Source: an uncultured Prolixibacteraceae bacterium (GTDB taxonomy: Bacteria; Bacteroidota; Bacteroidia; Bacteroidales; FEN-979). From it: a stretch of DNA of 64,000 nt. Positions within the stretch are counted from its first letter, which is position 1; the number at the start of each line of letters is the position of its first letter. A model generated the notes under the pieces. The model saw only the letters and a list, made by a program, of their open reading frames with translations, ran no database searches and was not told where the DNA came from. Shown piece by piece: positions 27,851 to 34,943 of this stretch. The translations under genes were made by a program, and so were the position numbers. The stretch lies in contig CAYUZX010000011.1 in the NCBI GenBank assembly GCA_964449285.1, forward strand, positions 612-64,611, read 5' to 3'.

Positions 27851-27956
27851 TAGAATGACGAATTATGAATTACGAATTAGTACAGCCGAAATTCATTGCG
27901 GCTCAACAAGCAACAAAACTGCCAACCTCAAACTGCTAACTGCGAACTGCCAACTG
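27851..27956. repeat. Low-complexity stutter spacer with embedded hairpin
   Basis: GAATTATGAATTACGAATTAG, hairpin GCCGAAAT-TC-ATTGCGGC (27885-27902), then AACTGCCAAC / AACTGCTAAC / GAACTGCCAACTG. Confidence 0.75.
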
Positions 27957-29255
27957 ATGAATGACCAACTAACAAAGGAGCAAATTTCGAGGGGGCTGGA
28001 GCCCCTCAGCGGGAATGGCGACAGCAAGTTGCTGACGTACCTGAACAGTTGCGTCCATTGTGGCTTGTGCGCTGAGAGCTGCCTCTTTTACCTTCCTACC
28101 AAAGATCCACGCCTTACCCCGGCCAGGAAAGTCGACCTGATCTCTTCCATTTATAAACGGTATTACACGTTTTCGGGGAAATACCTACCTGCCTTAACTC
28201 ACGCCAGGACTCTTGACAAAGCGGCAGCAGATGAGATGGTCGACCTGTTCTTCGGCTCCTGTTCAATTTGCGGGAGATGTACGATGCATTGCTCCATCGG
28301 AGTCGATATAGCATACCTGGTATCCGTTGGCCGGAAGATGCTTGCCAACATGAACCTGGTTCCTGCTACTCTCCAGTCGACCGTTAATGCAGCGATTGAA
28401 ACGGGCAACAACATGGCCATACCAACTGCCGATTATCTGGATACCCTCAAATGGATGGAGGAGGAGATGTCTGATGAGGTGAGTGACCCGGAAGCCTGTA
28501 TTCCGGTGGATCAGCCAGGCAAACGAATATTGTATACACTGAATCCCAGGGAACCCAAGTTTTATCCGCTTTCCATTGCCGCCATGGCGAAGATTTTCTA
28601 TGCAGCAGGAGAGAGTTGGACCTTATCCACACGGATGTATGATGTGACCAACTACGCCTTTTTCTCCGGGAATATGGAAGAGGCTAGCCTGATAGCAGAC
28701 CGGCTGTGGCAAGAGATGAAACACCTCGATGCCGGAAGCCTTGTACTTGGAGAATGTGGTCATGGCACCCGTGCTTTCCGGTGGGAGTCTCCGAACTACC
28801 TGGAACGGGGTTTCCCTTTTCCTGTGATGAGTTCGGTTGAGTGCATTGCAAACTATATCCGGGAGGGCAAAATACGGCTGGATCCGGAAAAGATAACAGC
28901 AAAAGTAACGATGCACGATCCCTGCAACCTTGTTAGAAGTGGGGGCGTCATCCGGGAACAACGATTTATCCTGAATCAATTTGTCAGGAACTTTATAGAG
29001 ATGACTCCCAGTGGAACCGACAACCATTGTTGCGGAGGTGGAGGAGGATTGCTTTCCATGAGTGAATACAACGAACGGCGTTTGGGGGCAGGAGGGATCA
29101 AGGCGGAGCAGATCCGGCAAACCGGGGCGAAAATCGTAGTCACCCCCTGCCACAACTGTGTGGATCAGCTAATCCAGCTGAATACTTACTATAAGCTGGG
29201 CGTGCAGATTCAAACGATGGCCGAGATCGTGGCGGACGCGCTGATAGTTAGGTAA
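27957..29255 (+). CDS. DsrK/HdrD-like Fe-S protein (two 4Fe-4S motifs + CCG domains)
   Basis: CVHCGLCAESC and CSICGRCTMHC. CCG-type motifs HDPCNLVR, NHCCGGGGG, TPCHNCVDQ. Start moved to the ATG at 27957 because the upstream extension is the stutter spacer. Confidence 0.8.
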   Translation: MNDQLTKEQISRGLEPLSGNGDSKLLTYLNSCVHCGLCAESCLFYLPTKDPRLTPARKVDLISSIYKRYYTFSGKYLPALTHARTLDKAAADEMVDLFFGSCSICGRCTMHCSIGVDIAYLVSVGRKMLANMNLVPATLQSTVNAAIETGNNMAIPTADYLDTLKWMEEEMSDEVSDPEACIPVDQPGKRILYTLNPREPKFYPLSIAAMAKIFYAAGESWTLSTRMYDVTNYAFFSGNMEEASLIADRLWQEMKHLDAGSLVLGECGHGTRAFRWESPNYLERGFPFPVMSSVECIANYIREGKIRLDPEKITAKVTMHDPCNLVRSGGVIREQRFILNQFVRNFIEMTPSGTDNHCCGGGGGLLSMSEYNERRLGAGGIKAEQIRQTGAKIVVTPCHNCVDQLIQLNTYYKLGVQIQTMAEIVADALIVR

Positions 29256-29383
29256 CGAGGGAGTGAAGTAGCGAAATAGTGAATAGTGTGAATTACTGAC
29301 TGGCATCCGGCATCCGGCAACAACTTACAAACCGACAACCAACTACTAACACCGATAACCGATAACCGAAAACCTGCAATCAT
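29256..29383. repeat. Low-complexity stutter spacer
   Basis: GTGAAGTAGCGAAATAGTGAATAGTGTGAAT, CATCCGGCATCCGGCA, CCGATAACCGATAACCGAAAACC. Confidence 0.75.
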
Positions 29384-30535
29384 ATGATCTACCTCGACAA
29401 CTCAGCTACCACATTTCCCAAACCCGACGTGGTTTATGATTTCATGAACACATTTTACCGAAGCCATGGAGTGAGTCCGGGCCGTTCGGGATTTGATGCC
29501 GCCATCGAGACAGAAGAGGTGGTGCACGAGACCCGTAAGTTGCTCACCGGCCTCTTTAACGGGGATGACCCGAACCGGCTCACCTTCAGTTACAACGCCA
29601 GCGATTCACTCAACATGATCCTACAGGGACTTGCCAACCCGGGCGACCATGTGATCACTACTATGCTGGAGCACAACTCAGTTCTTCGCCCACTGTTCCA
29701 TCTTTCACAGGATGGCATTATCGAGGTAACTCATCTTCCGTTCGATGGCAAGGGGTATGTGAATCCCGATGACTTCCGGAAAGCCATCCAGAAAACTACC
29801 CGCATGGTGGTCGTCAACCACTGTTCAAACGTGATCGGAACGGTGCAACCACTAGCCGAAATCGGAACTCTCTGTAAGGAACATGGTCTGCTTTTCATCG
29901 TGGATGCCAGCCAGAGCGCTGGCGCCATCCCCATTGACATGAAGGCGATGGGGATCGACGTGCTTGTATTTACTGGCCACAAATGCCTGATGGGCCCTAC
30001 AGGCATCGGAGGCTCTTACGTGATGGAAGGAGTGCCGGTGAGGTTGACCCGTTTTGGGGGTACAGGGGTTCGGTCGGCTCAGAAAACACACCTGGAAGAG
30101 TTCCCATATCGACTTGAATGTGGCACACTCAACATGTTGGGAGTAGCCGGACTGAATGCCGGGGTGAAATGGGTACTCGAGCAGGGCATCGAAAATCTCC
30201 ACCGGAAAGAGATCGCATTATGGGATACGTTACGCAAAGGGATCCAGTCAATCAACAATGTGATCACCTATTGTGCCGACAGCCCCGATAACCGGAATCC
30301 GGTTTTGAGCCTCAATGTCAGGGGTTTCGAATCAGGTGACGTGGGTACGATGCTCGATGTTGATTACAACATTGCCAGCCGCACCGGATTGCAATGCGCT
30401 CCATTGGTTCATCAAGGAATCGGAACAGATCAAATCCATGGTACCGTCCGCCTCAGTCTGGGCCCATTTAATACGGAATTACACATTGATACAGCCATTC
30501 AGGCGATCACCGAAATCGCGGCGATCAGACGTTAA
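29384..30535 (+). CDS. Cysteine desulfurase family protein (class V aminotransferase fold)
   Basis: MIYLDNSATTFPKP start, PLP-lysine context FTGHKCLMGPTGIGG, catalytic Cys loop SRTGLQCAPL. Confidence 0.85.
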   Translation: MIYLDNSATTFPKPDVVYDFMNTFYRSHGVSPGRSGFDAAIETEEVVHETRKLLTGLFNGDDPNRLTFSYNASDSLNMILQGLANPGDHVITTMLEHNSVLRPLFHLSQDGIIEVTHLPFDGKGYVNPDDFRKAIQKTTRMVVVNHCSNVIGTVQPLAEIGTLCKEHGLLFIVDASQSAGAIPIDMKAMGIDVLVFTGHKCLMGPTGIGGSYVMEGVPVRLTRFGGTGVRSAQKTHLEEFPYRLECGTLNMLGVAGLNAGVKWVLEQGIENLHRKEIALWDTLRKGIQSINNVITYCADSPDNRNPVLSLNVRGFESGDVGTMLDVDYNIASRTGLQCAPLVHQGIGTDQIHGTVRLSLGPFNTELHIDTAIQAITEIAAIRR

Positions 30536-30545
30536 TCAATTCACA

Positions 30546-30561
30546 GTGTGATATAAATCAC
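30546..30561. promoter_or_regulatory. Perfect CRP-type palindrome TGTGA-N6-TCACA
   Basis: TGTGATATAAATCACA read directly. It lies 11 nt after the preceding stop, ~55 nt upstream of a TAnnTTTG box and 105 nt upstream of the ATG at 30667. A Crp/Fnr regulator is encoded at 24276-24977. Confidence 0.45.
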
Positions 30562-30615
30562 ACAGCCGCACAATACATTTCACACGAAAATTTATCCGTG
30601 AATTTTACTATAACA

Positions 30616-30623
30616 TACCTTTG
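30616..30623 (+). promoter_or_regulatory. Candidate -7 box TACCTTTG (TAnnTTTG)
   Basis: Motif match 44 nt upstream of the ATG at 30667. Confidence 0.35.
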
Positions 30624-30666
30624 CAGTTATATATCTGCATATAACAATATTTAAATAATTTGCCTT

Positions 30667-31212
30667 ATGGATCTGTTATTCACTGAACAACTGGAAGACC
30701 TCAAGAAACGGTGCGACAACCTGGAAAAGGGAACCAAAGACCAGATATCCATGGTTGTATTTTCGGGAGATCTCGACAAACTGCTAGCGGCTATGATCAT
30801 CGCCACCGGTGCTGCTGCTTACGATATGAAAGTGAAACTCTTTTTTACATTTTGGGCGACTGCTGCTTTGCGGGATCCCAGGAAATCGGCTAAAGGTAAA
30901 AGCTTTATGGAAATGATGTTTGGCTGGATGCTCCCAAAGGGTAGTGCGAAGACCAAGCTGTCGAAGATGAACATGGGCGGCATGGGAACGGCCATGATGA
31001 AAGGGATCATGAAGAAACATAACGTTGCCTCACTGGAGGAACTGATTAAAGTGGCCGGCGAGATGGGTGTGGAGATAGCGCTCTGCGAAATGTCCATGAA
31101 CCTCATGGGATTTAAAAAGGAGGAGATGATCGACTACCCGAACATGACCGTCTGCGGCGTAGCCACCTTCCTGAGTGATGCCTCAGAGAGTAAGGTGCAA
31201 CTATTTATATAA
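30667..31212 (+). CDS. DsrE/DsrF-like sulfur-relay family protein (COG2210-type)
   Basis: ISMVVFSGDLDKLLAAMIIATGAAA...FFTFWA and conserved Cys context IALCEMSMNLMG. Confidence 0.7.
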   Translation: MDLLFTEQLEDLKKRCDNLEKGTKDQISMVVFSGDLDKLLAAMIIATGAAAYDMKVKLFFTFWATAALRDPRKSAKGKSFMEMMFGWMLPKGSAKTKLSKMNMGGMGTAMMKGIMKKHNVASLEELIKVAGEMGVEIALCEMSMNLMGFKKEEMIDYPNMTVCGVATFLSDASESKVQLFI

Positions 31213-31297
31213 TTAAGAATTAAGAATATAAGATTAGTGTAAGTACAGCCGCAATTCATTGCGGCGCTGATAAACACGAAACAAAAAACACATAATC
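31213..31297. repeat. Low-complexity stutter spacer with embedded hairpin
   Basis: TTAAGAATTAAGAATATAAGATTAG, then the perfect palindrome GCCGCAAT-TC-ATTGCGGC at 31248-31265. Confidence 0.75.
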
Positions 31298-31549
31298 ATG
31301 AATACAGCTGAATTAACTACTCTGCAATCCAAGAAAATTGTTGATGCACGCGGAACTGCTTGTCCAGGCCCACTATTAGCTGCCAAAAAAGCAATTGGTG
31401 AAATCAACTCTGGCGAAATTATGGAGATTTACTCCTCCGATGAAGGAACCAAAAACGACATCCCACGGTGGTGCCAGAAGATGAGCCACGAATTCCTGGG
31501 AATCGTTGAAGAGCCAAGCTATTCCCGTATATTTTTAAGAAAAGCGTAA
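31298..31549 (+). CDS. tusA: TusA/SirA-family sulfurtransferase
   Basis: 83 aa. DARGTACPGPLLAAKKAI contains the CPxP active-site motif. Confidence 0.85.
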   Translation: MNTAELTTLQSKKIVDARGTACPGPLLAAKKAIGEINSGEIMEIYSSDEGTKNDIPRWCQKMSHEFLGIVEEPSYSRIFLRKA

Positions 31550-31634
31550 ACTTTCTTTATACTCCTGATTGCCTGCTTGCCCTTAAATCACCTTTAGGGG
31601 ATTTTGGGGTAAGGTATGTCAAAAAACGAACAAC

Positions 31635-32045
31635 ATGGAATCAAATCAACAATCTCCGAAAATCCTGGTCTTCTCCACGGACAAAATATCCGACCCGGGA
31701 ATCGACCAAGCCGGGTTACGGAAGTTGCACTATTCGCCTTCTGTCTATGTCATCAGCATGCCATGTTCATCGGGAATCAAACCACGCTGGATAATGCATG
31801 CCTTCGAACAGGGATTCGACGGGGTCTTCATCGCGGCCGACGGCCACGAATGCTCCTATAGTGCGAAATGTCCCGACCATACGAATACTATTATTAAGGA
31901 GGCTCAACGACTGATGGAGGAGAAGAATATCAGCCCGAAACGGATCCGGATGGCAGCCCTCTGTTCGGTATGTGCCGAACCGTTTGTTGGGCATATGAAC
32001 AACTTCAGCAAGATTTTGTCGGAGATCGGACCGGATGCGGGATAA
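31635..32045 (+). CDS. MvhD/FlpD-like (methyl-viologen-reducing hydrogenase delta subunit family) protein
   Basis: ILVFSTD...MPCSSGIKPRWIMHAFEQGFDGVFIAADGHECSY has the Cys pattern and length of the family. Confidence 0.75.
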   Translation: MESNQQSPKILVFSTDKISDPGIDQAGLRKLHYSPSVYVISMPCSSGIKPRWIMHAFEQGFDGVFIAADGHECSYSAKCPDHTNTIIKEAQRLMEEKNISPKRIRMAALCSVCAEPFVGHMNNFSKILSEIGPDAG

Positions 32046-32092
32046 TAAGTCCCGGGCGGACCGTATCAGCAAAAACGCGTAATTGATCACAG

Positions 32093-34903
32093 ATGAAAAA
32101 GAACGAAGAGAAATATGACGCCCTGGTTGTGGGTGGTGGGATTGCGGGACAGGAAGCTGCCTTGAGCCTCGCCAACATGAACCGAAAGGTGTTGCTGGTG
32201 GAGAAGGACCTCTCTATCGGGGGGAAGATGATCCAGCTATCGAAGGTCTTTCCCACTCTCGACTGTGCTGCTTGCATCACCACCCCCAAGATGTCGGAAA
32301 CGGCTCGCCACGGAAACATCACGGTGATGCTCAACAGCGATATCAAGAAGATAGATCGGAATGAGAAGGGATTTCATGTAGAGGTGACAAAGAATCCTCG
32401 CTACGTGAAGCCGGAAGCCTGTACCGGATGCCAGGAGTGCGAACAAGCCTGTCCGGAGATCCGTCTCGACCAATACAATCGCAACCTGGCAGGCCGGAAG
32501 GTGGCTTACATACCCTTTACCCTTGCCAACCCACGCATCGCCGTGATCGACCGCCAGGATGAGTCGGCCCCCTGCATCGCTGCTTGTCCGGGCGGCGTGA
32601 AGCCCTATGGATATGTATCTCTGGTACGGAACGGCCAATACGAGGAGGCGATGCACCTACACCTCGAAGATGCCCCGATCCCGGGCAGCCTCGGCCGTGC
32701 CTGCTATGCTCCCTGCCAGGGCGAATGCACCCGCGGCAGCGTGGACGGAGCAGTAGACATGAGGCGCATTAAGCGTTTCTTTGCGGAGGAGTATTACGGA
32801 AAACACCCCGAGCCCCCGGCTGTAACCCTGAAAGACCCAACAGGGAAAAAAGTCGCTGTGGTAGGCTCCGGCCCGGCCGGACTTACTGCTGCCTATTTCC
32901 TGGCGCTCAATGGGAACAAGGTCACCATCTTTGAAGCTGCTCCTGAACCGGGAGGCATGCTCAAACTCACCATCCCCGAATACCGGCTTCCCAAAGAGGT
33001 GGTCGACCGGGATATCCGGAACATCACTTCCCTGGGGGTGGAGATAGTCTGCAACCACCGGGTATCCAGTCTGAAAAAGCTGAAAGAGCAGGGGTTCGAT
33101 GCCGTCTTCGTATCTGTCGGCACCCACGAAACCAGCAAACTGATGATCGAAGGAGCCGAACTCGAAGGCGTTGTCTCTTGCCTCGACTTCCTACTGGAGG
33201 CCAACATCGGCCAGCGGGCCGATTTAACCGGAAAGAGGGTGATGGTGATCGGCGGAGGAAACACCGCCATCGATGCAGCCCGTACCGCCCTGCGTCTGGG
33301 AGCTTCCAACGTGGATATTATCTACCGTAGAAGCAGGGAGGAGATGCCCGCTTTCGGTCCCGAAATCGAAGAGGCCGAAGAGGAGGGGATCAACATTCGC
33401 ATCCTCAGCAATCCGGTACGCTTCAGCAGCTCCCACGGCCACGTAACGCACGTGGAGATGGTGAAGATGGAGTTGGGAGAGCCCGACGAAAGTGGCCGAC
33501 GACGTCCCGTGGAGGTCATAGGATCCAATTTCACGGAGCCGGTCGACTTCGTGATCGAAGCGATTGGATTACGCCCCTCCACTTCACCCTTTGCAACCGA
33601 GCTCTCTATCCATAAAGATGGAACGATCCAGGCTAACCCGGATACCCTCCAAACTTCCACCGGCTGGATCTTCGCCGGCGGCGACGCCGTCACCGGCCCT
33701 ACCACAATCATCGAAGCAGTGGGACAGGGAAAGAAAGCCGCTTTCTACCTCGATAAATTCATGCAGGGGGAAGAACTCTCACAGTTCAGTTTCGGAGAGA
33801 AACTGGAACCGGTCGATAAAAAGAAATTGCTTACCCACAAGAAAATTGAACTACAGAAGCCTATTATCGATAAATTCAGGAAGCCGGAAGAGCGGATCAA
33901 GGACTTTCTGGATGTAGAGCTAACCTATACCGAAGAGGAAGCCCGGATGAGTGCTTCGCGTTGCCTCGACTGCAGCAACTGCCGCGAATGCCATCAGTGT
34001 ATTTCTGCCTGTCCGGCGAATGCCATCGACTTCTCCCAGAAGAAAGAGGAGGTGCCAATCTATGCCAGCTCCATCATCCTCTCATCGGGATTCAAGCTCT
34101 TTAGCGCCACTCAGAAACCTCACTATGGATTTGGGAAATACCCCAACGTGGTGGATGCACTCCAGATGGACCGCTTGATAGCGCCGACACGTCCATACAA
34201 CAATGTCCTGCGTCCGGGTGATGGGAAAACGCCCGACAATATTGCCTATGTGCTGTGTACCGGTTCGCGCGATTCGAGCCTGGAGAACTATCCCTCGTGT
34301 GGGGCCGAGTGCGCCAACAACCCCATCTGTTCGCAGATCTGCTGCATGTACTCGATTAAGCAGGCTCAACTACTGATGGGAGCGTTGCCGCTGGCCGACA
34401 TCACCATCTACTACATCGATATCCGCTCCTTTGGGAAGGGATATGATGAGTTCTTCCAGGAAGCCTCCTCAATGGGAGTCAACTTCATCAAAGGAAAAGT
34501 AGCCAAAATCAGGGGAAAAGAGGATAAAAGCGGTGACCTTACGGTACGGATCGAAGATATTGAAACCGGCCAGGTGAAGGAGTTTAACCACGATATGGTG
34601 GTGCTCTCTTCCGGTGTAAGGCCTGAGAACAGCATCATCAAAACCTTTAACGGGGAAGCTCCCGAACTGGATGAATTCAGGTTTATCCGCCAGGCAGATC
34701 CGCTGATGAATCCGGCCCGTACAACTGTGGATGGTGTCTTTGTTGCCGGTACAGCTGCGGCTCCGATGGATATTCCCGATTCGATTCTTTCAGCGGGATG
34801 TGCTGCCTCAGAAGTCGCTGCTTACCTCAACACCATGGAAGATCAGCCAATGGCCTCCCCGGGGATGAATCAGGTGATGGAAAATGTTGCCCAGGAGCGT
34901 TAA
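32093..34903 (+). CDS. HdrA-like flavoprotein with an inserted GltD/NfnB/DsrL-type NAD(P)H oxidoreductase module (936 aa)
   Basis: HdrA N-terminus (VVGGGIAGQEAA, FPTLDCAACITTPKM). Then the GltD-type block CIAACPGG..., KKVAVVGSGPAGLTAAYFLA, KRVMVIGGGNTAIDAA, IFAGGDAV. Then ferredoxin CLDCSNCRECHQCISACP. Then the HdrA C-terminus (CTGSRD, CCMYSIKQA, YYIDIRSFGKGYDEF). Confidence 0.8.
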   Translation: MKKNEEKYDALVVGGGIAGQEAALSLANMNRKVLLVEKDLSIGGKMIQLSKVFPTLDCAACITTPKMSETARHGNITVMLNSDIKKIDRNEKGFHVEVTKNPRYVKPEACTGCQECEQACPEIRLDQYNRNLAGRKVAYIPFTLANPRIAVIDRQDESAPCIAACPGGVKPYGYVSLVRNGQYEEAMHLHLEDAPIPGSLGRACYAPCQGECTRGSVDGAVDMRRIKRFFAEEYYGKHPEPPAVTLKDPTGKKVAVVGSGPAGLTAAYFLALNGNKVTIFEAAPEPGGMLKLTIPEYRLPKEVVDRDIRNITSLGVEIVCNHRVSSLKKLKEQGFDAVFVSVGTHETSKLMIEGAELEGVVSCLDFLLEANIGQRADLTGKRVMVIGGGNTAIDAARTALRLGASNVDIIYRRSREEMPAFGPEIEEAEEEGINIRILSNPVRFSSSHGHVTHVEMVKMELGEPDESGRRRPVEVIGSNFTEPVDFVIEAIGLRPSTSPFATELSIHKDGTIQANPDTLQTSTGWIFAGGDAVTGPTTIIEAVGQGKKAAFYLDKFMQGEELSQFSFGEKLEPVDKKKLLTHKKIELQKPIIDKFRKPEERIKDFLDVELTYTEEEARMSASRCLDCSNCRECHQCISACPANAIDFSQKKEEVPIYASSIILSSGFKLFSATQKPHYGFGKYPNVVDALQMDRLIAPTRPYNNVLRPGDGKTPDNIAYVLCTGSRDSSLENYPSCGAECANNPICSQICCMYSIKQAQLLMGALPLADITIYYIDIRSFGKGYDEFFQEASSMGVNFIKGKVAKIRGKEDKSGDLTVRIEDIETGQVKEFNHDMVVLSSGVRPENSIIKTFNGEAPELDEFRFIRQADPLMNPARTTVDGVFVAGTAAAPMDIPDSILSAGCAASEVAAYLNTMEDQPMASPGMNQVMENVAQER

Positions 34904-34943
34904 CCAAATTGATTGTACTGAAACTGATAATACCCTTAAGAAA

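Noticed and set aside
27822-27956. N-terminal extensions of the track ORFs for the DsrK-like (27822), HdrA-like (34884) and Crp/Fnr (25100) genes
   Set aside because: The extensions translate stutter spacers or upstream gene ends (for example NYELRISTAEIHCGS...). Internal ATGs give family-typical N-termini.
26908-29255. Canonical dissimilatory sulfite reductase (dsr) locus
   Set aside because: dsrAB, dsrJOP, dsrD and dsrN are absent from the window. Only dsrC and a DsrMK-like pair are present, so it is reported as an atypical cluster instead.
31616-31861. 81-aa ORF overlapping the start of the MvhD-like gene
   Set aside because: It is an alternative frame of a CDS with a clear family Cys pattern.
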